A stretch of DNA of 24,842 bases from a virus (lineage: Duplodnaviria; Caudoviricetes), in the IMG/VR virus record IMGVR_UViG_3300037705_000118, positions 1 to 24,842 of that record, one strand, 5' to 3'. A program made the position numbers and the translations under genes. Positions 1 to 9,456 of the stretch are shown here, piece after piece. Below the pieces are notes generated by a model. It ran no database searches. It had not been told where the DNA came from and saw nothing but the letters and a program-made list of their open reading frames with translations. The stretch's first letter is position 1. Each line of letters begins with the position of its first letter.

Positions 1-1
1 T

Positions 2-364
2 AGAAACTTTTTCAACAATGTGCTGCTTCCAGGGCTTGAAAGATTGGTGCAGCAAGCACTTGATCTTATTAACTTAGTTACTGGAACGCATTCTCCTTCT
101 ACTGAATTCGCTAAGATCGGTAAAAACTGGATGGCAGGCCTCATGAAAGGGATCGAAGATAATATCAGCGGCCCAGAGAAGGCCCTTGTGATGGCAAGCG
201 ACCGCGTCATGGGTGTTAGTCCGCAAACTTTACCCTCCTCAGTTGTGAACAACAGCGGTTCAGTTGACCAGAGTTTCAATCCAGTAGTGAACGCTAATTA
301 CTATCGCACACAGGCTCCAAACACGATATTAGACGATCTGGCGATGGTAGCAGTATTAGGGTAG
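2..364 (+). CDS. Tail tape measure protein, C-terminal fragment (runs off window start)
   Basis: Frame open from base 2; 'HSPSTEFAKIGKNWMAGLMKGI' is typical of tape-measure C-termini; directly upstream of Dit-like gene. Confidence 0.8.
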   Translation, partial: RNFFNNVLLPGLERLVQQALDLINLVTGTHSPSTEFAKIGKNWMAGLMKGIEDNISGPEKALVMASDRVMGVSPQTLPSSVVNNSGSVDQSFNPVVNANYYRTQAPNTILDDLAMVAVLG

Positions 365-1312
365 ATGATGATCCCAACATTATCACGTACACGCCAAGTA
401 GAATTCAACCAGTACATTACGCCTGATGGTGAAGTATATCGATTCAATAATAATATTGATAAGTTCATGATAGCTGGCATTGGCGGCTTGGGGATGCCTC
501 CTGTGGAATATCGTACTCAGCGAGGCCCGTTTCAGGATGGGGAAACGCCGTTGGGGTTTGTACTTGGTCCAAGAGTGATTACGTTGCTTCACCGCTACAA
601 TGGCGAGTGCAGACAGGATTATTGGGATCATCGAGCCGAGTTTATGAACTTCATTCGCCCTAATCGACAGACATTGGGAAGTTTTCAATCCGGGGTATTG
701 CGGATCATTCAGCCTAACAACGCTATGCGTGATTTGAGTGTGTTCATTCAAAGCGGGCCTGGTTTTATGGGGACGCAACAAGGACGCTGGGATGAATTCA
801 GTTTTCAAGAAGCGATCCAATTCATTGCGCACGATCCTGTTTTATTTGATCCAAACCAGACGCTTGCCGACTTGACGCTTCCCAGTGTATCAGACGAATT
901 GGAATTTCCGATCACGTTTCCTATCGAATTTGGTTCAGATGGCAGCGTGCCTACGAATGAAATTGTTTATGTCGGCACATATAAATCTTATCCTACGATC
1001 ATCATGCAGGGGCCGTTGATCCAACCTGTGATTCAAAATATCACGACACAGGAAAAGATACAACTTGAAAGTACGATTGTATCTGGTCGTACAGTGACAA
1101 TCAATCTTGAGTTTGGTAATAAGACTGTGACAGATGATTTGGGAAATAACTTAGTTGGCGAACTAACTTCTGACAGCGATTTGGCAACGTTTCATCTCGA
1201 ACCCGCTCCTGGCGCGCCTGGGGGAGTGAACGAAATCGGAATTGCAGCGGGCGAGACAGATGCGAATTCAAGGATCGCTATTAGCTGGTTTGATAAATAT
1301 ATTGGAGTTTAA
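365..1312 (+). CDS. Distal tail protein (Dit, Sipho_tail-like)
   Basis: 315 aa after tape measure; 'GLGMPPVEY..QDGET', 'F.AHDP', 'FPITFPIEF', 'G.YKSYPTI.. GP..QP.I.N', 'F.LEP...G.NEI' resemble siphovirus Dit. Confidence 0.8.
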   Translation: MMIPTLSRTRQVEFNQYITPDGEVYRFNNNIDKFMIAGIGGLGMPPVEYRTQRGPFQDGETPLGFVLGPRVITLLHRYNGECRQDYWDHRAEFMNFIRPNRQTLGSFQSGVLRIIQPNNAMRDLSVFIQSGPGFMGTQQGRWDEFSFQEAIQFIAHDPVLFDPNQTLADLTLPSVSDELEFPITFPIEFGSDGSVPTNEIVYVGTYKSYPTIIMQGPLIQPVIQNITTQEKIQLESTIVSGRTVTINLEFGNKTVTDDLGNNLVGELTSDSDLATFHLEPAPGAPGGVNEIGIAAGETDANSRIAISWFDKYIGV

Positions 1313-1314
1313 CT

Positions 1315-2325
1315 ATGACAGAAAAGAGTTTCTATTGGTCAGTGCTAACGACTGGGGATGGACAATATTCGCCATATGATAACGATGAATTTTCAGATAT
1401 CTGGCGTAAACTGTTCCAACGTGACCGAACCACGCAAGGATATATTGAGAATTACGAGAATGAACTGGCGGTTACGAACCCATCCGGCAGTACGATCCGG
1501 GTAGCGACTGGCGCGGCTTTGGTGGATGGGAAGTTCTATGAGACTGATGCAGATGTTGACAACACAGTTTCTACGCCTGCAGCGGCGACAAGAGTAGACC
1601 GGGTAGTATTGCGTAAATCTTGGGCGGCACAGACTGTGCGCGTAGCGATTGTGACCGGGGTTGAAGGGGCGGGCGTTCCGAGTTTGACGCAGACGGATGG
1701 CGTGACCTGGGAAATCCCGTTGGCGCAAGTGAGCATTACAATTGGCGGAGTAATTACGCTTACAGACGAGAGAGAACCAGCAAGAAGTCCGCTGGTCCAA
1801 TCTACTGGAACTGCTTTTGAGGAAATACAAAGTATTGATGGAAATGGAATAATTACGTCTTTTGATTTCCAATCTATTCCACAAACATACCAGCATTTAA
1901 AAATTATTGTTATTGGGAGGATTGATACAGCCGCGTTGGAGGCCACTTTGCAAATGCGCTTTAACAATGACTCTAGTGCGATCTATAATCGACAGAGAGG
2001 ACTTGCATCAAATACAACAGCATCGGCTAACGCGGTTACGAATCAAACGGAAATGGACGTTGGACTTGTTACAGGAGCAAGTGGTTCGGCTAATCATGCA
2101 TCAATATGCGAAATAGTTATTCTAAATTATGCAAACACAACATTTTATAAATCGGCGCAAAACCTTATGGCTCACATTCCGAATACAACTGTTGGAGACT
2201 TTGACATCGGACTTTTTGGCGGTGTTTGGAAAGATGTATCTGCAATAGACCAAGTGACAATATTTAACAGTGCGGGTGGAGCATTTATTACTGGCAGTAG
2301 AGCAACACTTTATGGACTAAACTAA
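1315..2325 (+). CDS. Minor tail/baseplate protein (paralog 1)
   Basis: 'V.TGAALVDGKFY', 'RVDRVVLR', 'WEIPLAQV' are typical of phage upper-baseplate/fibre N-termini; C-terminal 'SIPQTYQHLKI...GSRATLYG' domain. Confidence 0.7.
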   Translation: MTEKSFYWSVLTTGDGQYSPYDNDEFSDIWRKLFQRDRTTQGYIENYENELAVTNPSGSTIRVATGAALVDGKFYETDADVDNTVSTPAAATRVDRVVLRKSWAAQTVRVAIVTGVEGAGVPSLTQTDGVTWEIPLAQVSITIGGVITLTDEREPARSPLVQSTGTAFEEIQSIDGNGIITSFDFQSIPQTYQHLKIIVIGRIDTAALEATLQMRFNNDSSAIYNRQRGLASNTTASANAVTNQTEMDVGLVTGASGSANHASICEIVILNYANTTFYKSAQNLMAHIPNTTVGDFDIGLFGGVWKDVSAIDQVTIFNSAGGAFITGSRATLYGLN

Positions 2326-3338
2326 TGACCGAGACTTCTTATTATTGGGAAGGAATAGCGACCGGGGATGCTACGCTCGCGCCATATTTGGAAACTGTTT
2401 TTCATAGTCTTTGGAAAAAACTGTTCACACAAAACGATAATGAAGGTGTACTTTTTGGCTATCTAAACAGTCTGTCGGTATCTGGCATTAGCGGTGGCGT
2501 GATTGTTGAAAGCGGTGCGGCATTAGTGAATGGTTGGTTTTATGAGAATGATTCTCAATTGACACTGGCAATAGAAACTCCGGCATCAAACCCGCGTATT
2601 GATAGAATAGTTGTACAACTAAACCCTGGCAGTCAAATAGCGCGTGTCGCTGTTGTGCAGGGAACAGAAGCCGCATCGCCAACTGCTCCTGCGCTGACAC
2701 AGAATAGTGGTGGAATATGGGAAATTCCGTTAGCGCAAGTTCTTGTTACGACAGGAGGAGTAATCACTGTTTCTAGTGACCCAGAGTATGCAAGAACATC
2801 TTTGCAGGCACAGCCAGATATTGAATTGATCGAAAGTATTACATCTGATGGAATCATGACCGCGTACGATTTTCAGAATATTCCACAAACATATAAACAT
2901 CTGAAAATCATTGGCACGGTGCGCATGACGAATTCAGGTGTGAATCCTTGGGAATTTTTTGCAGCAAGCTTTAATGAGGATACAGGGAGTAACTATAATA
3001 CTCAGGATATAGTATTTGGCAACGCATCTTTTGAAGCAGGTTCTAATTCTATTACTGATGGAATATCTTTTGGTAATCTTAACGATTCTAACTCTGCTGC
3101 TGGTCTTGTGTCTCCATTTGAAATACTTATTCCAAACTATGCAGAAGAAGTGTTCTATAAGACAGCAATTCAGCAATCTATATTGATTAATACCAATCCT
3201 TTTCAAAATTCTCTTAACTTTGAGGGAAGTATTTGGAAAAACACTAACGCTATTACTAGCATTCAACTATATAATTGGAATGCTCCAGGTACTGTTCTTA
3301 TTGCAGGAAATACCGCATCGCTGTACGGGTTGAGATAG
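2325..3338 (+). CDS. Minor tail/baseplate protein (paralog 2)
   Basis: Same motifs along full length ('RIDRIVVQL', 'WEIPLAQV', 'NIPQTYKHLKI', 'ASLYG'); TAATG stop/start overlap with paralog 1. Confidence 0.7.
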   Translation: MTETSYYWEGIATGDATLAPYLETVFHSLWKKLFTQNDNEGVLFGYLNSLSVSGISGGVIVESGAALVNGWFYENDSQLTLAIETPASNPRIDRIVVQLNPGSQIARVAVVQGTEAASPTAPALTQNSGGIWEIPLAQVLVTTGGVITVSSDPEYARTSLQAQPDIELIESITSDGIMTAYDFQNIPQTYKHLKIIGTVRMTNSGVNPWEFFAASFNEDTGSNYNTQDIVFGNASFEAGSNSITDGISFGNLNDSNSAAGLVSPFEILIPNYAEEVFYKTAIQQSILINTNPFQNSLNFEGSIWKNTNAITSIQLYNWNAPGTVLIAGNTASLYGLR

Positions 3339-3385
3339 AATCATTAATATAACGTTTACAAACTGTATTGTATAATTAGTTTGAT

Positions 3386-3832
3386 ATGAAAAAACTTATT
3401 ATAACGTTTCTTTTAATGATACTTTTTAGTGGACTTACAGCGATTTTAACAATGCCGCCACAAATGAACAGATATAATCCTGTTACAGATGCAATTGCAT
3501 GTTCTACAGAATTCTATTGCTGGCACGAGAAAGGACATCAATTAGACAGAAATTATCGTTTTGTCAGTACAACCAAAGAATTCAAGAGTGTAATTCAATC
3601 ATACTTGGAAACTTGCGACCTCTACGACCTGCACAATACTTACTGTGGTTACATCGCTATGTTTCCTGGAATACTCATTCCTAAAGTAAAATGTGAATAT
3701 TGCACTATTTTTGATACAGCTTATTATGGTGGATGGGGAGGGTACAGTGAATTGTATGCAGAATTGTATGCTCTGGCAGACGGCACAATAGAAAATCTTC
3801 CTTTGGAATTGCAACAGTTCTATGAAAACTAG
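3386..3832 (+). CDS. Secreted/membrane-anchored putative Zn metallopeptidase (HExxH), moron-like
   Basis: Hydrophobic N-terminus; 'WHEKGHQLD' and 'ELYAELY'; TATAAT at 3371-3376 just upstream; paralog of 9586-10188. Confidence 0.55.
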   Translation: MKKLIITFLLMILFSGLTAILTMPPQMNRYNPVTDAIACSTEFYCWHEKGHQLDRNYRFVSTTKEFKSVIQSYLETCDLYDLHNTYCGYIAMFPGILIPKVKCEYCTIFDTAYYGGWGGYSELYAELYALADGTIENLPLELQQFYEN

Positions 3833-3841
3833 GAGTTTAGC

Positions 3842-4264
3842 ATGACAGAATATTACAATACCGCGTTCAAAAAGTTCATGGATGGGGACATTGACCTGCT
3901 GAATGATACGATCCAGGCGATGCTGCTTGACAGCGGCTACACGCCAAACATCGATACAGACGAGTTCGTAGATGACATATCTGCCAATGAGATTGTTGGC
4001 GGTGGGTATGCGCGTAAGACATTGGCAAATCCTGCGACCACAGTAGATACAGCGAATGACCGCTGTGAATTCTCATCCGATGATATTACAGGATGGAACG
4101 CGGATACGTGGACAGGTGCGCGCTACATGGTCATTTTCAGGAATAGTGGTGCAGATGCGACCAGCGCGTTGATCTGTTACATTGATTTTGGGTCTGATAA
4201 AGATGCGCCATTAGAAGTGAATACTCCTGCTGAGGGCTGGTTCGCTTTGGGCGTTTGTCCGTAA
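3842..4264 (+). CDS. Putative virion structural/minor tail protein
   Basis: AGGAG RBS; 'IDLLNDTIQAMLL...YTP', 'EIVGGGYAR..L', 'LICYIDFG' pattern common in phage tail regions. Confidence 0.55.
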   Translation: MTEYYNTAFKKFMDGDIDLLNDTIQAMLLDSGYTPNIDTDEFVDDISANEIVGGGYARKTLANPATTVDTANDRCEFSSDDITGWNADTWTGARYMVIFRNSGADATSALICYIDFGSDKDAPLEVNTPAEGWFALGVCP

Positions 4265-4294
4265 CAAAAACAACAAACAGATGACTAAGTAGAA

Positions 4295-6214
4295 ATGCCT
4301 TTCCCAACCGAACTCGGCACTAGTGTCATTACAGATGCATCGTCTGCAACTGGTATTGTGACGTATAACCAACCGTCTGGTGACAATCGGGTTATTTTAT
4401 GCATTATTATGGGGCGGTGGGCATCTGATACGACCGTCAGCAGTGTTGATTATGGCGGACAAACACCGACATTGGTACTGACGCAAGCAAACGGCGACAA
4501 TGTTATTCATGTATATGCCATTACAGACGATGATGGTTTGCCCGCGGACGGCAACAATGACTTTACAGCCGTAATGAACGAAGCCGGCGCCGACTGGTCG
4601 GTTATGGTTATCGGCATTCAAGACGCTGACCCCATACCAAGCGACACTGATCCAGTAACAGGAAGCGGTACAAGCCTAACAAATAGCACTGCCGCGAACG
4701 CGAATGATATGCTAGTGCAATTGGTACAGGTGGACTCCGGTATAAGTGCGGCGGTCAGTTGGGGTGACGGTCAGGCCGAGTTGCACGATGTAGATGTTGG
4801 AAGCAACCGGAACGCCGCCGCTAAGTTCGAGGGCATGACTGGCGGGGCTGAAACATGGGGCGCAAGCTGGACGGCATCGGCAGGCTACATTGGAGTCGCT
4901 CTATCCTTCACAGAAATACCATTTTCACCAGATACGACCTTCGGGCTTGGTACAGTTAACACTCCCCATTTACCGCTAGTAAACCCATCAACAACTTTTG
5001 GGCTTGGTACAGTATTTTCGCCAACTATTCAACAGTTTTTCACTATTCCTAACCAGCGTCCTATACTTGCATCCCCAGGACTAGCGAGCTATAAAGTGCG
5101 GTTGAAAGACCAAGATGGTCAGTTGGTAGCCGAATTTGATACCTGGCGCGCATTGCAGTTCACCCATAAGGTCAATGACCGCGGCACAGTACGGTTCGAG
5201 ATCAATGGAGAAGACAACCGCGTCAGTTTATTTGAATTGGATGGACAGATCGAGATATGGCGCAGGAATTTGATACTCGATCTGGACTGGTATTTGGAAT
5301 GGGAAGGATTTTACCGGACCAACAATGATACTTTTTACCAAAATGATAATAATTCGTTCATTGCGTATGGATTTTCATATCTTGATCTGGCAAGAAGGGC
5401 TGAAATCAAATATACGGCTGGAAGCGCGTATGCCACGAAATCCGGGGTTTCTGAAACTGTGATGAAAGAACTGGTAGGACAGAATATTGGCGTGGCCGCG
5501 CTTGCTACTAATGGACGCGCGGCTGATAATGTAATGCCTGGATTGGGAGTGGAGGCAGATGGGGGTGGTGGGGCAGCATGGGAGGGGACTGTAGCAGACA
5601 AGAATTTGTTGAGCACTTTGCAGCAGATCTCGCTTGCAAGCCAGCAAGTAGGAACTGTGATAGATTTTGATATTGTGGGTATTGAAGATGCATTGTTTGA
5701 ATTTAGAACTTATGAGGGGCAACGTGGAACTGATAGAACTAAGAATAATGCGGACGGGAATTCACCTGTGATCTTTTCACTTGGGTTTGGTAATATGGTA
5801 ATTCCTGTTTTAAGTGAAGATAGATCGACCGAGATCACAGCGGCGTATGCATTGGGACGCGGTACAGATGACGCTAAACAGTTCTATTTGGCTGAAAACG
5901 ATGCAAAATATGATTCGCCATGGAACAGAATTGAAAAGACCGTTAGCGCGAGCGGCGCAAGCGGAGAGGATCAGGACGCACAACTGCAGTCTAAAGCTGA
6001 AGAAATATTAGAAAAGAATAAATTCGATACCAGATTGGGATTCAATGTATTACAATTGCAAGATATTTATTATGGCAAACATTATACCTGGGGCGACCTG
6101 GTGACTGCAAGATTCAAAGGCAATGAATTTTCTAAGAAACTGGTCGAAGCGCGTGTCAATGTGAGCGCGAATGCACAGGGCGAGCGAATAGAAGCAGAGT
6201 TTGCAGATAACTGA
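4295..6214 (+). CDS. Baseplate hub/Tal-like protein (ReqiPepy6 Gp37-like domain) with extra N-terminal domain
   Basis: C-terminal ~380 aa has 'FEFRTYEG.RGTDRT', 'VIFSLGFGNM', 'AYALGRG', 'YYGKHYTWGDLVT'; tail-module position. Confidence 0.7.
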   Translation: MPFPTELGTSVITDASSATGIVTYNQPSGDNRVILCIIMGRWASDTTVSSVDYGGQTPTLVLTQANGDNVIHVYAITDDDGLPADGNNDFTAVMNEAGADWSVMVIGIQDADPIPSDTDPVTGSGTSLTNSTAANANDMLVQLVQVDSGISAAVSWGDGQAELHDVDVGSNRNAAAKFEGMTGGAETWGASWTASAGYIGVALSFTEIPFSPDTTFGLGTVNTPHLPLVNPSTTFGLGTVFSPTIQQFFTIPNQRPILASPGLASYKVRLKDQDGQLVAEFDTWRALQFTHKVNDRGTVRFEINGEDNRVSLFELDGQIEIWRRNLILDLDWYLEWEGFYRTNNDTFYQNDNNSFIAYGFSYLDLARRAEIKYTAGSAYATKSGVSETVMKELVGQNIGVAALATNGRAADNVMPGLGVEADGGGGAAWEGTVADKNLLSTLQQISLASQQVGTVIDFDIVGIEDALFEFRTYEGQRGTDRTKNNADGNSPVIFSLGFGNMVIPVLSEDRSTEITAAYALGRGTDDAKQFYLAENDAKYDSPWNRIEKTVSASGASGEDQDAQLQSKAEEILEKNKFDTRLGFNVLQLQDIYYGKHYTWGDLVTARFKGNEFSKKLVEARVNVSANAQGERIEAEFADN

Positions 6215-6266
6215 TATATTAGAATTAGATTAATATGTCAGAACTAGAAGCTTGTGGATAACTAAT

Positions 6267-6533
6267 ATGTCAGAAAATATGCTGCGTGACATCAATGCGC
6301 CACAACCGAGCGAGAAGAACATTGATCCGAATGAAAGAATGTTTGAGATCATTCAAGATTTGACAAGACGCGTAAGCGAGCTAGAAACACAAGGGAAAGA
6401 TAATGTTGAGATCAAAAGTGATACTGGCGATTTTGCAGCAGCAAGCAGTTGGAATGGACGTAGAGTAGTGAACACAGCTGACACGACTTACAAAGTATTC
6501 ATTGGTGGGTCGTGGCGGACATTATTCCCGTAG
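6267..6533 (+). CDS. Small tail-associated hypothetical protein
   Basis: Follows hub gene; 'LTRRVSELET' coil; ATG at 6267 preferred over TTG at 6252. Confidence 0.55.
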   Translation: MSENMLRDINAPQPSEKNIDPNERMFEIIQDLTRRVSELETQGKDNVEIKSDTGDFAAASSWNGRRVVNTADTTYKVFIGGSWRTLFP

Positions 6534-6542
6534 GAGGCTAAA

Positions 6543-6827
6543 ATGGGCGACACAGATGTTTCATTGATATTACAAGCAATTCAATCAGCAGGGATGCTGG
6601 GAATATTAGCATTTTTCATTGGTGGATATATTCAACCGACTAAGATCGTTGATAAAAATGCAGAACGGATCAAGGCGCATACTGAACTGATGGCGACTAA
6701 GATCGCTGACCAATTGGGTAAAGAAATCAAAGATGGTATCCAAGATGCGATCAAAATGGGGATCGTAGAAGCTGTAGACATGATTGAAGAAAAAAAGGGG
6801 AAAAACCGGAAGAAAAGTAACCCTTGA
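6543..6827 (+). CDS. Putative holin-like membrane protein
   Basis: GGAGG RBS; one N-terminal hydrophobic segment, basic C-terminus; between tail genes and putative cell-wall enzyme. Function inferred from position. Confidence 0.4.
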   Translation: MGDTDVSLILQAIQSAGMLGILAFFIGGYIQPTKIVDKNAERIKAHTELMATKIADQLGKEIKDGIQDAIKMGIVEAVDMIEEKKGKNRKKSNP

Positions 6828-6854
6828 CATCCTAAACAGTCTATAGGGTATAAT
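6824..6854 (+). promoter_or_regulatory. Sigma70-like promoter, long spacer
   Basis: TTGACA (6824-6829), 19 nt, TATAAT (6849-6854). Confidence 0.45.
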
Positions 6855-6946
6855 GATTTATAGATGAATAGTGAAGAACTACCTTCTCATATACTTTCAG
6901 TGGGGATTGGAATAAGTATTCTCAAGTAGCAAAAGGAGAATAAATC

Positions 6947-8380
6947 ATGAAGAACAAGATTTATTGGCTTGGTTTTGTTTTGCGACTCTGCTTTCTGGTC
7001 GCAGTGGGGGTAGGCGTGTTCGTATTTAATACACAATCGGCGAATGCACAGGCTTGCGCTTACCATGACCGGGAGCAATGCGTTCCCGGATTGATAACGA
7101 ATAAGACCTGGTTCAGCCCTGCACCGCAACATATTGTTGGCAAAGCTGTATGGTATGCGCCGTATGTAATGAATGCTACGGCTGAGTTCAGAGGGATGAG
7201 CCTGGAGGGATTTGTGGGCGGCGTTTCAATGTTCTCTCCTGCCGATATTGGGGAAGTTGTATGGTTGAAACGACCCGGAGGCGAATGGGAGGGACCGTTC
7301 CTGGTGGTCGATTGCAGTCAGCGGACGCATATGTATACTACTTTGACGTATGTTAAAGAAAGTGTGGAAGTGGACTGGCAAACAGCAAAACGGTGGGGGA
7401 TGGTCAGTGGGGACGAGGGGAATTATCAAGTGAACGAGTGGATGGTCCGTGATGTTGAGGTGTGGAAAGGATTAAAGCCACCAGCAGAGGAAAGCGAACC
7501 GACAAAATACGATGAGTGGTTTATGAAACTGGTTGAATTTGGCGGATATGATAATAATTGGCGATGGAGTCCTGATGATATGGCATTCAGGAACATTGAT
7601 GAATATCAGATCGCTTTGAACAAATACTTGCGAGAAATAATTGATCCAGAACGGGTTATTGATCTAGGTCAGAAAGTGCCCGATGTAGCAAAAATAGAAA
7701 TAGGGCAGTTTAGAAGCATGGCAAATGGCCGAGAAATGGCTAGTCCTATTGTTACCCAAGATGATCTACAACCAACTTCTGTGCCAAGTGTGGGTGAAAG
7801 TTCGATCAGTGCGGCTGAAGCGCATGATTATACGCAAGCATATATAGCGACTGTAGAACGGGTAAGCGATATATTTTGGGAAGTGAATTGCCAGAATGAA
7901 AATCCGTACGATGGATTTGACATGTTAGGAACATGTATTCCTGGGGTGATATCGCCTGAGACATGGAAACTGCCTTATCCGAAGTATACGATTGGTCCAG
8001 CGACCTATTATGCGCCTGGGATCATGGATCAGGTGGTCAGGAACAGGGGAATGTCGCTGAATGGATACAAGGGAGCGGTCACATTGATGTCCTGTGCGCA
8101 TATCGGTGAGAGTGTGTGGGTGCGCAGACCTGGGTATGGGTGGGAAGGGCCTTATTTAGTAGTGGATTGCAGTCAGCCGTTCCATATGTACCTGAACACA
8201 GGATTAGGTCATTTGCATATTGAAGTCGATTATGACTTGTGGCAAAAATGGTATGCTACAAGCGGGATCAACAATATTGAAGTATGCCTGGGTGGGAATG
8301 ATTGTGGTGGACAGGCAGTTAGCTACTCGTATTGGTGGCTGAAGAATATTGAGTGGTTAGTGCCAATCAGTGAAAACTAA
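6947..8380 (+). CDS. Secreted protein with two tandem RlpA/DPBB-like domains; candidate cell-wall lytic enzyme
   Basis: AAGGAG RBS; signal peptide ending ANA-Q; internal duplication 'G.A..YAP..M......RGMSL...IGE.VW..RPG..WEGP.LVVDCSQ'. Confidence 0.5.
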   Translation: MKNKIYWLGFVLRLCFLVAVGVGVFVFNTQSANAQACAYHDREQCVPGLITNKTWFSPAPQHIVGKAVWYAPYVMNATAEFRGMSLEGFVGGVSMFSPADIGEVVWLKRPGGEWEGPFLVVDCSQRTHMYTTLTYVKESVEVDWQTAKRWGMVSGDEGNYQVNEWMVRDVEVWKGLKPPAEESEPTKYDEWFMKLVEFGGYDNNWRWSPDDMAFRNIDEYQIALNKYLREIIDPERVIDLGQKVPDVAKIEIGQFRSMANGREMASPIVTQDDLQPTSVPSVGESSISAAEAHDYTQAYIATVERVSDIFWEVNCQNENPYDGFDMLGTCIPGVISPETWKLPYPKYTIGPATYYAPGIMDQVVRNRGMSLNGYKGAVTLMSCAHIGESVWVRRPGYGWEGPYLVVDCSQPFHMYLNTGLGHLHIEVDYDLWQKWYATSGINNIEVCLGGNDCGGQAVSYSYWWLKNIEWLVPISEN

Positions 8381-8420
8381 GAACTAAACTCAACAATCCG
8401 CAACACGAAAATAGCAGAAT

Positions 8421-8461
8421 AACACCCACAATCTCAAGCAGTAGTGAAGATTGTGGGTGTT
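8421..8461. terminator. Hairpin between convergent gene blocks, likely terminator
   Basis: Perfect 14-bp inverted repeat AACACCCACAATCT / AGATTGTGGGTGTT. Confidence 0.7.
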
Positions 8462-8775
8462 TAGTCTCGATTTTCCTCATTATCAATAACTTCCAATAGT
8501 TCACAAGCAAACTCATACTGCCACATATCGGGGAGTGAAAACTTCTTCAGCATTTGCAAAGTATCCCGTTTGGGGATGTGCTTGCCCGTGTTCCATCCCC
8601 ATAATACTTGAGAACTGATATGGAACGGCAGTCCTTCTGTCTCAAAAGGTACGTTGATCCATTCCTCAAATTGGCTATAAGAGACACATTTGCTGCCAGA
8701 ATCATGAGTTGTCATGTACTTTCTAACAATTATTTTTACTTCATGCAACTTTGTTTTGTTTTGAAGTTTATTCAT
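8461..8775 (-). CDS. Hypothetical protein, possible HTH DNA-binding
   Basis: 'SYSQF...ISSQVLWGWNTGKHIP' resembles XRE-type HTH. Confidence 0.45.
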   Translation of the reverse strand: MNKLQNKTKLHEVKIIVRKYMTTHDSGSKCVSYSQFEEWINVPFETEGLPFHISSQVLWGWNTGKHIPKRDTLQMLKKFSLPDMWQYEFACELLEVIDNEENRD

Positions 8776-8875
8776 ACCGATCCTTGGTCAAATAATTTGT
8801 TCAGCGTCTAGTTGGGAAAAGCGCCCAACTTGTTCGCAAACGTTTGCAGTGTGTTTGTACTAGTGTGTCAAATAT

Positions 8876-9004
8876 TTAGTATATCGGGAATGGTTGCTCA
8901 AACCCGTGTGTGAAGATCAACAAGCCGACAAATGCCATCACAATGAACATGAGTATATTCGCTGCGACCCAGTAGAAAATACCGCGTACACCTTCATCAA
9001 TCAT
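8876..9004 (-). CDS. Small membrane peptide (42 aa)
   Basis: Manual translation MIDEGVRGIFYWVAANILMFIVMAFVGLLIFTHG...; ATGA overlap with upstream ORF. Confidence 0.5.
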   Translation of the reverse strand: MIDEGVRGIFYWVAANILMFIVMAFVGLLIFTHGFEQPFPIY

Positions 9005-9087
9005 GAATAGGTCAGACCAATAAAATCTGTTAGAGCGGCAAATATAAAAGCTGTACTGAAAACGAAGTTAAAGATAGATTCAAACAT
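9001..9087 (-). CDS. Small hydrophobic peptide (28 aa)
   Basis: MFESIFNFVFSTAFIFAALTDFIGLTYS; GAGGA RBS; overlaps both neighbours. Confidence 0.4.
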   Translation of the reverse strand: MFESIFNFVFSTAFIFAALTDFIGLTYS

Positions 9088-9319
9088 TTTGCTTATCCTC
9101 TCTCTGGCCCAGCCAGAAGTTGTTAGGTTGAATATAGTTTGCTTTATAGACGAACACGTTTTCTACCTTAGTCCATTCCTTCTCAATTGTGATGGGATGA
9201 ACCATACAGATATCGGGTTGTTTGCCGAATTTGCGTAAATAGTAGGCTACAGCACGCTGGATACGTGTAGAGATATCCAGTTTGGGATCATTGTCATACC
9301 ACATCATACCTTCAATCAT
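9080..9319 (-). CDS. Conserved hypothetical protein (Anaerolineae-type, from recollection)
   Basis: 'GMMWYDNDPK...I.RA..YY..KFG..P..C.VHP'; GGAGA RBS. Confidence 0.65.
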   Translation of the reverse strand: MIEGMMWYDNDPKLDISTRIQRAVAYYLRKFGKQPDICMVHPITIEKEWTKVENVFVYKANYIQPNNFWLGQREDKQNV

Positions 9320-9456
9320 GAATCTTCTCCATGAAGTACAAATAGTAGTGATAAACCACCTATGAGAAATATAATAGGGACTGGAAAAGTTACAATAGTT
9401 GGCAAATGCATAAAAATAAGAATAATAATTAGTGCAGCGCGTCCTAGTGTTTTCAT
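9316..9456 (-). CDS. Small membrane peptide (46 aa)
   Basis: MKTLGRAALIIILIFMHLPTIVTFPVPIIFLIGGLSLLFVL...; AGGAG RBS; ATGA overlaps at both ends. Confidence 0.5.
   Translation of the reverse strand: MKTLGRAALIIILIFMHLPTIVTFPVPIIFLIGGLSLLFVLHGEDS

Noticed and set aside
1315-3338. Diversity-generating retroelement TR/VR pair
   Set aside because: Similarity is protein-level across whole genes; no adenine-specific near-identical repeat seen and no reverse transcriptase in the window
6231-6275. 13-bp direct repeat TAATATGTCAGAA
   Set aside because: Only two copies around a start codon; most simply a small local duplication
383-7429. Minus-strand and alternate-frame ORFs within the tail module
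   Set aside because: Nested in longer, motif-bearing plus-strand genes
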